A DNA stretch of 64,000 nucleotides from the human T2T-CHM13v2.0 reference genome, Homo sapiens. The position numbers and the translations under genes are program-made. The notes beneath the pieces are model-generated. The model was not told where the DNA came from. It ran no database searches and saw only the letters and a list, made by a program, of their open reading frames with translations. The stretch lies in assembly GCF_009914755.1 (NCBI RefSeq), contig NC_060925.1; one strand, written 5' to 3'. Below, piece after piece: positions 26,041 to 39,671 of this stretch (its first letter is position 1; the number at the start of each line of letters is the position of its first letter).

Positions 26041-28959
26041 GGATTTTCCCCCCACTCTCTCTTCTGTATGCAGAATTTTATATTCGGGTATGGCTGACAG
26101 ATTTTCAGTCATTCACATATTAACACCCAGGCTTCATACAAAATAATCTCTAGTTAAACGGAGCTACAGTTTCAGGTAACAAGATACTAAGTTTTACTTG
26201 TGGGTTTTATTCCAAGATATATATATTTCTATTGATCTAGCTCCACACTATTTCTATAATCAACTGAGCTTACCATACTTAAGAAAACAAATAATGGTTC
26301 AGTGAATATATATGCATAGAAGTATTAGTTAAGTGATTTTCAATTTCTTTCAAGATTAAAGTTTATTCAAATACGTAATGGACTATTGCGACATCTTCAA
26401 ATGTTTTTCCATAATTTAGGCAACAAGAAGTATAATTTTTTTCATCGAGTCCAGTTTGATTGACTAATTTACATCATCAAATACATTTTTCCTTGTTGAA
26501 AAATGTACAAATTGTTTACAGTGAAAACGAGATTCCAATAGCTTTAGTTACTGCATTATTATATTTGTACTATATCAAAATTCTGAATTAAAAATGTTCC
26601 TCTGTGGTTATTTTAAGGTCTCTAATTTTGTGCTATTTAAATAAAAGCCAGATATTTAGAAATTTTGGAATTAATATATCATGCTCTTTAATATCTATGT
26701 GTTGAGTAGGGGAAGGAGAGTTGAAGTCACCACTTAAAGCTTTTTAAATAGATTACCTTATTTAAATAAGTAAACTCTTCAATTTTTACTTGGATGTCTT
26801 CGTTCCAAGGAGGCAACACTTAAAGTGAACATGTAAGACTGGATAAATAAAATTCAATACATTATATCTGACAGAGTTTTAAATCTCTACACAGTCTAAT
26901 AAAAAATAGATTCAAGATTATAGCAATACCAACTTTCTTGGAATCTTACAAAACATGTTCAATCAACTAACCTATGTGTATACAGTAACAACTGTAATGG
27001 GCCCCATATCATGCTAAATACCATGAGGACTATAAAAAATATAAAAGCGTCTGCCCTTCTCAGTTTATAATGGAATGGGGAAATATTATTTATGAACCTG
27101 AAATTATTTCAGAGCTATACTAAAGTATATACAATTAGTATTAGCCCTGAAGTCATTGCCCATAAATGGAATAAAAAAACAAGAATCTGGGCTGCAATAA
27201 CTGTTTGGATGCATGTAAAACATATGTCACCTAATGTGACAGAGTCTTTAATAGAAATGTACTATATACTCTAATGTTTTCCAATCTGAATTTATGCATT
27301 AAATAAACTTTTTTTAATCGATTATGTAGTAGGCTCTATATAATGCACTGTGGGGAATATAAATGTAATTAGGCTAATAAGCTGTGTGGTAAAGGAAAAA
27401 TGATACAGCAGTAAGTATCACACAAGCTATAATGTTTGAATTGCAATAAAAGGCTTATGGGATTCAGGGAAGGGAGAAATCTACTTCATATTGAAGTAGA
27501 AAAAGGAAAGTTCCAAGGGCATTTAGATGAAAAGTAGAAGTGATGGCAAAGATGTTTCTGAAAGCAATCAGGAAAGGATATACCAAACAGGAAGTAAGAG
27601 CCTGGGTATAGAGGGATGAAATTAAGCTTATTTAGGGGAAATGAAAAAGGTGAAATTAGGATGCCTTGTTATGAGGTAACCGAGGAACACAGAATTTTGT
27701 TCTTTGCTAGACAATTCTCAATTCCCACAAAGTCACCAGAAGAAGTGTATGCTCAGAGGCAATGATCAATCAAAGAATAATCTTCATTCTGTGAGGATGT
27801 GGCTTCAAACACTTGTATAATGCCTTTGTGAGCTAGTCTGACCTAGATAGAGAACACTTCCTCATAGGCTAAACGCAGCCTCCAACCTAGAGCAAAAGTA
27901 TGCAAAATGCTGTATTCTCACCTTTTGCTAGAAGTTGGCTTCTAGCAAAGATTATTGGCTTAGGACAGGCTTATTCAATTCCAGGATTCATTCCTAGAAT
28001 AGAGGTAGTGGGTATCCTTTACCTTAACCAATTCATTCATTCAACAAATATTTATTAAACATTTACCATTCAGTCAACATTCTTATAATGCCTTGGGATA
28101 CTTGAGTGAGCAAAACAAAAATTCCCAAAATACAGTGTAGTTTAAAATTTGTATTCACAACATAGCTATGCACACATTGTTTCATTATCTCTCTATAACT
28201 GAATTCATCCATGAACTCTTTATGCCTTAACCTTTCTGACTCAAGCTATTTAGTCAATATCCCAGCTTCAGTGGGACTACTTGGAGAGATTACCCTGATG
28301 TTGGAGAAAAACAGTAGGCACTGTCTGATTCCAGCCTGGAAAAGCAAAACTACACAGCAGAGATGGACCAGCCAGCTGTCTCATCAGGAAAGGGAAGATT
28401 AGTGGAGGAAAATATAAAGTTGAATCTTTTCATGTACCACAAGTTCTACTTGATTTGACCTGCCAGGTTACACCTTAATTCCAGGTGGTATTTAGATTGA
28501 ACATAGACTTACATAAAATCAAGGCTTCTGGCTTGAAGCTATCCTCTACCTCTTGCTAGTCTCCACTGAGGTGTCTAAACACACTGACTCTTGAATTCTT
28601 GACTCCCACCCCTGCTGCATCAGCTGCCTAAATAATTAATGAAATTCCCCCTCAGCATTGGAAGGGTGCATTAACCACTTCAGGGACATCTTTGCAGACT
28701 CCATATATTCCATCAATAATCTAAGAACAAACAGAGAAAGCCCCATCAATGGAAGCCACCTTGGCTGATGAAGATGATGTGATTCCTAAGATATGGTGTG
28801 ACTGCCATTCAGGGACTGAGCTGTATGGTCTGCTCTGCAGCTCTTCACCATAGCATCCTTATTCTCCTTGTTTCAGCTTCCATTTATGCCCTTCATTAGG
28901 ACAATTGAGATATTTGGGTCTTCTTCACACCTTATTGGAACTGAGGGAGATGAAGATAA

Positions 28960-29011
28960 TCTCTCTCTGTCTCATTTCCTCTCTCTCTCTTCTTCTCTCT
29001 CTCTCTCTCTC
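28960..29011 (+). repeat. (CT)n low-complexity tract
   Basis: Read directly from the sequence. Confidence 0.85.
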
Positions 29012-29118
29012 ATGAACATTCTTTGAGGCTACTTTCAAATAGGTCATAACATGTTTCACTAGAAAAAAACCTGTGAATCTTGAAGTGCAAAGATTAAAAC
29101 TGTTCAATATGTACTATG

Positions 29119-29422
29119 GTTCTGGGTGTGGTGCCTCATGCCTGTAGTCCCAGCACTTTGGAAGGCTAAGGTGGGAGGATCACTTGAGCCCAGGAGTTTA
29201 AGACCAGCCTAGGCAAAATGGTGAAACCACATCTCTACTAAAAATACAAAAATTAGCTGGGTGTGGTGGCATGTGCCTGTAAACCCAGCTACTTGGGAGG
29301 CTGAGGCACAAGAATCATTTGAATTTAGGAGGTGGAGGTTGCAGTGAGCCAAGATCACGACACTACACTCCAGCCTATGTGAGACTGCAAGACTCTGTCT
29401 CAAAAAAAATATATATATATAT
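29119..29422 (+). mobile_element. AluJ (Jb-like) with an A/(AT)n tail
   Basis: ggaggatcacttgagcccaggagttt is AluJ-diagnostic; full dimer. Confidence 0.92.
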
Positions 29423-29599
29423 ACATACCATGTATTGGACAAAGGTAGATCATAAGCAAAGTGATTTGGAATAAGCAAATATTTATTAAGTGTCTTTTCC
29501 ATGAGAGTCAATATATTAGGCGTCAGACAAACTAAGGCACTGACAAAGAAAGGACGGCATAGCTGAGAAGGCTATAGCTGAAGCAAGACTAGCAGGATC

Positions 29600-29960
29600 T
29601 GGGTAGCTACTGGAGATGGAGGTAAAAAGAATCAGATGACTCAGAGGTTCTCATATTAGTAACTGGGAAAAGGATCATGCCATTGGCATAAACATAAAAC
29701 CAGGAGGACAAGCAGGTTTGAATTCTGTTCTGAAAGTGAAGAGTAGAAGATGTCAGAAGGGCAGCCAGCAGGCCTTGGAAATCAGGCTCTGAGCTTGGGA
29801 GTGAGGTCAAGAGTAGCAATTCACACTCGACACTTATACCCAGAGCAGTGTCATTTGAAGCTGTGAAGATGTGATCACTAAGGGAAGAGAGAACTGGAAG
29901 ATAAGGCCAAAGTCAGAACATTTGGGAGCCCCTATACTAAAGGGGACAAGAGGAATAACA
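29600..29960 (-). mobile_element. L2 fragment
   Basis: Purine-rich antisense L2 motifs: gaatcagatgactcagaggtt, aactgggaaaaggatcatgccatt, gtcatttgaagctgtga. Confidence 0.55.
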
Positions 29961-31004
29961 AAAAGTGAAAAAGAAAAAATATAAAGGTCATATCAGAAAC
30001 ATTTTTATAGGAGATATCTTAGCATACCCCTTCAGAACTCTTTTCCTCAGACTTACACAAACCAAATTGGATTCAATAAACCAATTTTAACAGATATGTT
30101 AAACACATGATATATACCAATTAAACATTCTGTAATTATTAAATAATAAAATATGTTTATGTAAATCTAACACATATCTTTATGACAAATAATAGGTGCT
30201 TTCCCCGATAGTTTTCTTAGGTCATTGTTTAATTACCTTTCACTGTTTCTTGGAATATGATGCCAGCTTATTTTCATTATCATCACTGGAAAATTTGGGA
30301 AAGTAGGAAAAAAAGAAAAAATCTATCTTACTATTTAATAGTTTGTGATACAATATATTAATAATTGAACGATAATTTTACTGTTACTCCAAGTAATCCT
30401 AGAATCTGATAGACAGGAAATCAGGGAAGTAAAATAACTCAAATATGCTTTAAAGACATGTTAAGTAACTTTTCCCCTTTCCTGCTTATATTTGTGCCAA
30501 ATAAGTAAAACCAATATAATTGGAGAAGAATGGGAGGTGATGCTGCATTTATTAATAGAATGGTCACCAGCATGACTCCTCCAATGACTGAAATAATAAA
30601 ATATATCACAAAAATTGAAAGGGAATACAAATTCTAACAAGATTGGTATAAATTTTGCATTAAGAGCCTCAGAGGTCAAGGATGAGGGCTTCAGAAAAGA
30701 TTTTTCATTTTTTAAATATAAAAAGTCTTGTAAATCTTCAACAATCATATTCTTTAGATTTGAAGGTAGAAGTCAGATAAGTCCAGTCCATAGGATTCAG
30801 CAGCGTATAGAGATAGAGCAAGGAGAGAAAGATTGTCTGGACTTGTCTCTTATGAGGAGCAGCACTGCAATAAAGGGAATAACTAGGGATTTTAACTTAA
30901 TGAGGTGACAGGATTGAGAAATGTTTTTTCTTTCTTTTTTTTTTTTTAACATTGCAATTTTCAAAGTGTTTGTTGATTTAATGTCTGACAAGGGATGGAG
31001 CAAA

Positions 31005-31895
31005 TGTGATAATGAGAGTGATATCCACAGAGAATTACATGCCCTCCTTTATTTCTCCCAGCCTCCCTGAGGTTAGGTTTGAGCCACATGACTAGTTCTA
31101 GCCAATGGACTGTAAGTGCAAATGATGTGTGTCAATTCAAGAGTGGATTTTCCAAGATCTCTTTTCCACACGAGGGCAAATTTGAAGTCTCATGTTGCTA
31201 TGGTTGAATCACAAAGTGGAAAGCCCCTGGATTCCCAAGCTACCAGACATATTACCTATCTATTGCTGTGTAACAAACTACTCCCAAACAGATGTTTATC
31301 ATCTTACAGATTTTGTGGGTTAAGAACCGTAGCATAGTTTACCTAGGGGCCTGTGGCTCAAATTCTTGCATAAGGTTACTGCAAAGCTGTTTTCTGGGAC
31401 TCTAGTCTCCTCCGAAGGCTCAACTGTGGTGAGGGAGTACCTACCTCCAAGCTCACTTAGGTTTGCTGGCAGGCCTTGGTCCCTTGCAACCAGTACCTCT
31501 CTACAGGATTCCCTTCTAACACAGCAGGTGACTTTCCTTGAAGTAAGTGATTCAGGAGAAAGTGTGAAAGTGTTCTCAAGATGAAAACCACAGTCATTTT
31601 ATAACCTACTACTGGAAGTGCAACCTATTATTTCTGAGTATTTAATCATTAGCAGTGAGTCAATAAGTCCAGTCCATATCCAAGAATACAAGATGAGTCA
31701 AGGAGATATAGAGGGGATGAATACAAGGAGTCAGGGATGACTGTAGGGCCATCCTTAAGGCTACCCCAACACACCAAATGAAGGAGAATACCCACTAACG
31801 GAACTTTGCAGGAGTACAAACAAAATCTTTTGTTTTATGCTATAGAGATTTTTGAGGTTGTTCTTTTAGTATAGCCTCATCTCTCATGACTAATA
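31005..31895 (+). mobile_element. Old MaLR LTR (MLT1J-like), split by a nested LTR
   Basis: tcccagcctccctgaggttagg..gagccacatgactagttctagccaatgga in the 5' half; ttatgctatagagatttttgaggttgtt...tgactaata in the 3' half after 31774. Confidence 0.7.
31248..31773 (-). mobile_element. MLT1-family LTR nested in antisense orientation
   Basis: Starts tattacctatctattgctgtgtaacaaactac and ends ggccatccttaaggctaccccaacaca; flanked by ccaga/ccaaa (TSD, 4/5 match). Confidence 0.75.
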
Positions 31896-32699
31896 AAAGC
31901 TCTAGTAGGAGACAGAATGGAATTGAACCATAAAAAGCTAACCATAAAAGTAGATGAAGATGATAGGGCATAATAAAACATCAAAAATGTATTCAAATAG
32001 TATGTTCATAACAGACTTCAAAAAACAATTTGGTATAGTACTTTAGACATGACTATGTGTACCTTTCATTTTTAAGCCTATTCTTATATGATTTCAAATA
32101 CCATTAGTACTCCTAAATGATGTCAGTGTGATAGAATCTTTTTTTGTGGTGATTATCTAAGGCTGCCTGTATGCATGACTGTTAAAACATGCCTAGAGAC
32201 TTTACAAACAGATGGTTCTTTGGATCTTCCCACAGACTGTCAGCATGAAAGTGCAACTAACAGCTTTCTGTGATCTTCTATACCTCTACTTCCTCCTTTT
32301 AGTTACCAAAATTGATTTTAATTTTTTTCTCACACCTCAAGTTTAGATAATCTAAAGTAGGTCACTCTGTAGCATCTAAAACACTCCCAGTAGCTCTGTT
32401 CAGAGTGTGAAGTCAGACACTTTTAAAGCATTCAAAGTGAAAGCCAGCACTGGGAAGAGAAACATAAAATGTGTTCAAGTGGTTCTCTAACAAAACAAGA
32501 TACAATCTAGTTCCTTTAATACAGTAAAATATGATAATAATTTTCAATGTTATTTCCATAAAGCTTGGGATAGACATTGGGTCTTGTCATGACAAAAAGT
32601 CTTAGCATTGTCCTCTTGTTGGTTAGCTCCTTTCCTGCTCCTTTCATATTTGCAAGTGCTGGGACATGAGCTCAGTTTCCAAAAGACCTACCAAAGAGG

Positions 32700-33134
32700 T
32701 ATATTGGGTTGAATGGTGTCTCCCCAGAATTTACTAGAACCTGTGTGAATTTACCCTTTATGGAAATAGGCTCTTTGTAGATGTAACCAAGTTAATACGA
32801 GGGCATGCTGGATTCGGGTGGGCCCTAAATACAATACGAATGATGTCCTTACAAATAGAAAAATGCTGACGCAGAAACACAGATACAGAGGGAAGGAGCC
32901 AGAGATTGGAGTGATATATCTATAATCCAAAAAATGCCAAGGATTGCCATCAACTATCAAAAGGTAGGAGAGAGACATGGGGCAGGTTCTCCCTCAGAGC
33001 CTCCAAAGGGAACTAACACTGATAACACCTTAACTGCAGACTTCTAGACTCCAGGACTGAGAGAATACATTTCTATTGTTTTAAGCCACCCAGTTTATGT
33101 TAACTTGTTTCAGCAGCCCTAGAAAACTGATACA
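32700..33134 (+). mobile_element. MLT1B-like solo LTR
   Basis: gggttgaatggtgtctcccc...gttttaagccacccagttt...cagcagccctagaaaactgataca; perfect 5-bp TSD agagg. Confidence 0.88.
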
Positions 33135-33639
33135 AGAGGAGAGGAAGAGACTCATGCTTGGGCAAGTGTGGCCACCCTGCCTCACCCTAGTACTAAACTC
33201 AGTCCCAGCCTCTGCTCTGGCTCTAGCCCAGCCTCAGATCCAGCCCCAGCCTATGCTTCATTTCTAGCTCTTCCTCCAGCTCTATCTCTATTTCCAGCTC
33301 CACCCCAGTCCCAAGGGCCAGCATTATATCTTATGCTCCTCCCTGATTCAGATGGTTGGCAGGAAGAGTAGTGAGAGAAAAGCTCCAGTCCCAGTCCTTC
33401 ATCTCTAAAGTTCCCTGGAGCTTTAAAAGCAAGTTAGTTGTTCTTTGGAAAGTCCAATCAGTTAGAGCTTCAAAACCACACTACATAAACAAATTCCCTG
33501 CTTTCAAAAGATCTATAACATCTTTCCTTACTTCTTTTCCTATTTCTTGTCTTTACTTTTACTATTGTTCCTTCTTTCCCTTCAGAAAAATCCTTCTTCA
33601 TTGCATCTTTTATGTTAAGGTTAAAGTCAAGAGATTATG

Positions 33640-34780
33640 ACTCTTAGAAGAAATCATAGAAGTAAATTTTCATGACTGTGGGTTCAGCAATAGTTTCTTA
33701 ATTATGAGACCAAAAATACAAGTGAAAAAAGGAAAGAGTAGATATATTGGGCTTCATCAAAATGAAAAACTTTTTGCTGCAAACTATACCATCAAGAAAG
33801 TGAAACAACAATCCACAGAATGGGAAAAAATATTTGCAAATCACATATCTGATAAGGAACTTGTATTCAGAACATGAAAAGAATCTTTACCTCTCAGTAA
33901 TAAAAAGGACAACTAAGTCAAGTGAAAATGAGCAAAATATTTGAATACATGTTTTTCCAGAGAAGGTATACAAGTGACCAATGATATCATAAAAAGTTGC
34001 TCAATATCATTGGACAGGATGGAAGTACAAATCAAAATCTCAGTAACAGAACTTTTCACACTCAATAGAATGGCTGCAATAAAAAGGGCGGACAAGAACA
34101 GTGTCGGCAAGGATATGCAGAAATCAGAACCCTTGTACATAGCAGTGGGAATGTAAAAAAGTACAGGCATTTTGGAAAACAGTCTGACATTTCGTTGAAA
34201 TGTTAGCCATAGAGTTATCACATGACCCAAAAATTCCTCTTACAAGTGTATATCCAAGAGAAATAAAAACAATGTCCATGTAAAACATACACATAAATAT
34301 TCATATTGACATTATTAATGACAGTCAAAAAATGTAAATCATCCACATGTCTTATCAACTGAGGAATGGATATATAACTGATGTCTATATCCATACAATT
34401 GAAAATTTGTAATCGATAAAAAGAAATAAGAATCAAGTGCTGTGCATGCTAAAACATGAACGGCCCTTAAAAATAATCATATGATGTGAAAGCCAGTCAC
34501 AAAAGACTACATATTGTATGATTCAGTTTATGTGAAATGTCCGGAATAGCTAAATCTATAAAAAAAGACTGTATATTAGTGGTTGCCTAAGGGCTAGAGA
34601 AGCGGTCTGGGTAATGGAGAGTGATTGTTAATGGATGCAGGAGTTTCTATTTGGAATGATAAAAGTGTTCTAAAACTGAACTGTAGTTATACTACTCTCT
34701 TTTGGGGGAATGATAAAAGTATTCTAAAGTTGGATGATGATTACACAACTCTGAAAATACTAAACACTGCTGAATTTTTT
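33640..34780 (+). mobile_element. L1MB-type ORF2 end plus 3' UTR
   Basis: ttagaagaaatcataga, cagaatgggaaaaaatatttgcaaatcacatatctgataagg, aagccagtcacaaaagactacatattgtatgattc. Confidence 0.9.
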
Positions 34781-36679
34781 TAAAAATCATGAGCTATAGT
34801 TAAAGATTGCTATTATTTAAAGTTAAATACCACAAAGCAAAATGAATTGTGAATAATACTCAAATGAAAAGTTTTGTGTAGTTCATGATATTTTCAATAT
34901 TACATTAAAAAGAAATTATACAGTCTTTTAGAATCAGTGGTGAAAACAACTTATTTTAATAAATATGTTTAATGTGACAAAAATGACTAGCATTTTTCAA
35001 GTAAAATGGATTTTCGTAAAAATTATTTTGTTTAGTTTAAATTTTGGAATCAAGAATTTAAACTTTTCTTTGCACTTGTCTTTTGGGCATGACCTAACTA
35101 CTAGCTTGTAAGTCAACTGGTTTCTACATATCAGCCTTCTCAGATTCAACGACACCTACGTGTGAGAGTTTTTGTCCTAGCTTTCCTTTTCCTGCCTTTC
35201 TTACTTTATTTTTGCCTCGAGATAATGAATGTGGAACGCCATACTTTTGCAGCAGCTCTGTAGTTTTATGCTTATAATGGGAATCTGGAAACCAGAAAGT
35301 CTTCTGCCATATTTCCACATTTAAAAAAACAAATTGTGATGCAATGTAACTTTATTTCAGTATATCAGTTAGTTTAATTTATCTAAATTCAAGCATTTTT
35401 GCATTCTTGAAGTTTTCTAATCAGTCTCTGCAACTTTAAAACTACTTTTGGCTAATGTTAGGTGAATTTTCTTGGTAAGAGGAAATATGAATTGAGAGAA
35501 ATTATATTCTTTTTAAAAGTCAAAGACAATCCCATTGCCTTGTGTGATTTTAAACATAGGCACAATTTAATGACAGCCACAGAGAAAGCAGCACTTGCCA
35601 TGCCCTTGTGGCTAAATGCCATCTATACAACATGTTAGAGTTACTGTCTCGTGGGAGAGGGAGGCTGAGCGTAGTCACACGCACCACAAAGAGAAAAGGG
35701 AAAACCAAAGGAGTCTTTACGAGAGTTAAAGAAAGAGGCTAATGGTACCGAACATTATGATTTCTCAAATTCCATAAAAACATAGAAGCAAACTATTTTT
35801 CTTTCCCAAAGTATATGTGAAAGACTTCCTGTTCAGTTCTTCTGCAGTACTATTGTGGAATTTTCCTTTGAGGTTAAAGTGCCTAAATTTTCCAGCAAGA
35901 GAATCCCTTTGAAGTCAATCTGAAACAGTGTCAAAACATATGGGAAATAACCCAAAACATTTAAAATACTCTCCTTAAAAACTGTAGAAAATCCCTCTTT
36001 AAAATAATGGGTTGGAAGGCTGTAAGATGCACGCATTGAAAATGCTAGTGTTGTTTGGTTGTTTTGTCTGGATTTAGAGGGAAGGGAGGGGATTACACTC
36101 TGAATTGCATTCCTTCTTTACTAGGACCATAGTAGTGATTACATTTAGTTCCAGTTTAGACATAAGCATTTTCAGATTTATGCCGTGTATGTTCTTGTTA
36201 TAAAGCTTTTTCATTCCAAAGACAGACGATTTCAGGAAGTGTTTAAGTTTTTACCCACATATATAGATTCCGTATTTGATTTACACATTATTTCATGTAA
36301 TATACCTCCAAATATTCTGGAAAATTAAAAGAGAATGAAAGCAATAGTAGCTGCTAAAATTAACCTACACAGGGTCTGCCAATATGTAAACAGTAGTCTG
36401 AGTTGGGTGAAAGGAACCAATTGGGAATTTTTACTGCACGTGCATTAAAGCTTTAAATGCACGTAGCATTACAACTTTTCTTTTGTGGAGGTGTTTGAAG
36501 AAATCACATTTTTACTTATTCCTATAAAATATCCTGTTAATGATTTGGTTCAGAATCATTCTATAAAACCTGTTTGCTGATTTGATCATAATTGAGGGGA
36601 AAATACAGAAGACTCAAGAAGAACTGTGTAATATGTTATTACCACAGGCCATTTCCAAGTTCTGTTGAGTATTTCCATC

Positions 36680-37260
36680 TCTATATGCTACTGGCATCTG
36701 AAATTCAAAATATCCCAAAATTAACTTCCTATACTTTATGTACTTCTCATTCCCAATCCTTAATCTTTCCATTCTAGTCTTTATCTCTATTAATGCTACA
36801 AGTTGTTCCAAAACATCAAGTCTAGAAACTTTGAGTCATTAGTGCTTCTCACTCACTCACTTTACTTTTCCAATCACTCACCAAGTTCTATATATTCTAT
36901 TTCTGTGTATGTTTCATATTCATATCCATCTATACATTTCCACTGCCACAATTATGTATTGCTTAGACTATTTGCAATCTCTTCAGCCATCTCACTTACA
37001 TCTGTTTTCTTTCCAAATATAAGTCAAAAGGGTCCTGCTTTAAAAAAAATCAAACAAATTATTTAAGAATGCCTCACCATCTGGACTCACTGTATCATTC
37101 TAGCCTCATATTTCTTGAAATCCCATAACAGTCTCTACTTTTGCATTCTTATAAAAAATTCAGTCTACATTGAGCCTCCCTTGATCTTTCATGTTTCTGT
37201 ACATTTGCCATGATATTCTCCGAGCCTGTCAATAGTTCTCCTTGCCTATCAAAAGGCTAT
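36680..37260 (+). mobile_element. L2 fragment (probably continues at ~38060-38295)
   Basis: Pyrimidine-rich L2 motifs: ggcatctgaaattcaaaatatccca, caagtctagaaactttgagtcat. Confidence 0.55.
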
Positions 37261-37277
37261 CATATTTGGATGCCCAT

Positions 37278-37660
37278 ATTGGATAAGATTCTTTAGTTTC
37301 AAGTAAGAGAATATTAATTAAATATGCCTTTACAAATAAGGACATCTATTATCTCACACATCAAGAAGACTGGAAGAAGAGTAAATCCAGGGTTGGTTAA
37401 TTTAGTAGCTCAAAATGTTTAAAGTTATATTATAATAGCTTCCCTGAATCCTTCTAAGTTTTCCTGCATAGTAAGAAAATAGTTAAGGTTCTCACCATTA
37501 CATCCTGATGTGACCATATCTAAAGGCGGCAAGTGTCACATTTGCAGGTTTATGTGCCTTCTCAGGGTTCTCCTTGTTGCTCACTGACTGTGGTTACGTC
37601 ACATGCTCTGCCTACAGAAAAGGAATTATACCATGATTGACTTTAACCAACAGAAGCATT
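37278..37660 (-). mobile_element. Old MLT1 (K/L/N-like) LTR fragment
   Basis: gattctttagtttcaagtaagagaa...tattatctcacacatcaagaag...tccagggttggtt...gtcacatgc. Confidence 0.5.
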
Positions 37661-38335
37661 ATTATGCCCAAGAGAGTGATAATTGGTAGTGAGGGATGAA
37701 AAATTATTACTCTTTTATGTACAAAGAGTAGGTAGATACACATTTAGCACATAAATAGATGTATATTATGTCTGTGATATTAAGATTTCATATGGGAAGG
37801 TAATTAGAAAAAAAAAGTCTAGAAAAGCTCTTGAAGGGAAAGATAATAAAAGAAGGGTTGATGAACACCCATATTAATTAATCAGTGTTCATTCCTTGGC
37901 AAATGATAGTGTTCATGAAGCATTGCCAGCCTAACACTGAAAAAAATCAGCATCTTATTAGTAAACAATGACCATTGGTAATTTCTACCACAGCACCCAA
38001 CTGAAATAATAAATTTTAATAAGTCATTCCTTCTCTCCTCCAGTTAGATTTATTATCCATCCTCCATGGAAGGAATTAATTGCACCCATGCTACTTTGTC
38101 ATAGCTTTGATTTGTGACCACTATTGTGCTTACTTTATGTTATTCTCTATTACAGTTAGTTGTCTACAGGTACACTTGCATTCCTACACCAAATGGATAA
38201 TAAGCTACTTCTGGTAAGGCAGAGTGTCTTCAGCATTTTTTTAGATCTCCCAAAGATCACTGAAGTAAGAGGCACTCAAATGTTTATGGAATTGTATTAA
38301 CACACACATACACACATATACACACACACACTCAC

Positions 38336-38805
38336 TTTACAGATGGAATGTTTGTGTTATCCCTAAATTGAAATGTTAAAGCCCTAATCCCCAGCCTGAA
38401 AATATTTGGAGACAGGGCTTTCCTTTGAGAGGTTATTAGGTTAGATTAAGTCCTGAGGGTACAGCCCTCATGATGGAATTACTGTCTTTATAAGAAGAGA
38501 TTATTTCTTTCTTTCTATTTCTCTCTCTCTCTCCCCGCCCCCACCTCTCTCTATCTCTCTATCTCTTCTTCTTTTATTCTCTCTCTCTCCTCTTACCCTT
38601 TCCCAACTCAGCTCACACTCACTGAGGAAAGGCCATGTGAGGACATGGGATCTGCATGCCAGGAAGAGAGCTCTTGCCAAGAATTGAACTGGCCAGCACC
38701 TTGATTTGGGACATCCCAGCCTCCAGAACTGTGAAAAACAAATCTCTGTTATTTAAGCAACCCAGTCTATGGTATTTTGTTATGGTAGCCCAAGCATACA
38801 AAGAT

Positions 38806-38806
<1 letters not shown>
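38336..38806 (+). mobile_element. MLT1A/MSTD-like solo LTR
   Basis: gaatgtttgtgttatccc...gccctaatcccca...ggccagcaccttgatttgggacatcccagcctccagaactgtga...gtctatggtattttgttatggtagccc. Confidence 0.88.
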
Positions 38807-38807
<1 letters not shown>

Positions 38808-38855
<48 letters not shown>

Positions 38856-38872
38856 ATATACACACACATATA
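38808..38872 (+). repeat. (CA)n microsatellite (a second CA tract lies at 38300-38335)
   Basis: Read directly from the sequence. Confidence 0.95.
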
Positions 38873-39299
38873 CTCATAAAATATATATAATTACATTCAT
38901 TTATAAACATTCAATAATTTCTATTATAATGCAATCATTTAAAATTGGCAGAGCAAGTATTAATACTTATTTTATGGTAAGTATTAGCCATATTTTTTCA
39001 CATGAGAAAACCTAAGCTCAGAGAAGCTAGATGGAAGACTTATCAATGGCAGGAATAGGACTCAAATTCATACAAACTTCCATGTTTTCTAAAATATCAC
39101 CATTTAATTACTAATGATATTGCATCTGAAAGCAGCAGATACCTGAACTATGTGTTATGAACCATAAACTAGATGTCATATATAAGAAAAGAAATGGTCT
39201 TATAAATAGCATTATTATATTTATGAAAGACCTAGTAAAATGTAAATACTCAATTATGTTTAATAATTGAATTTTCAATTTAAAAAAAATCCATTTTTT

Positions 39300-39671
<372 letters not shown>

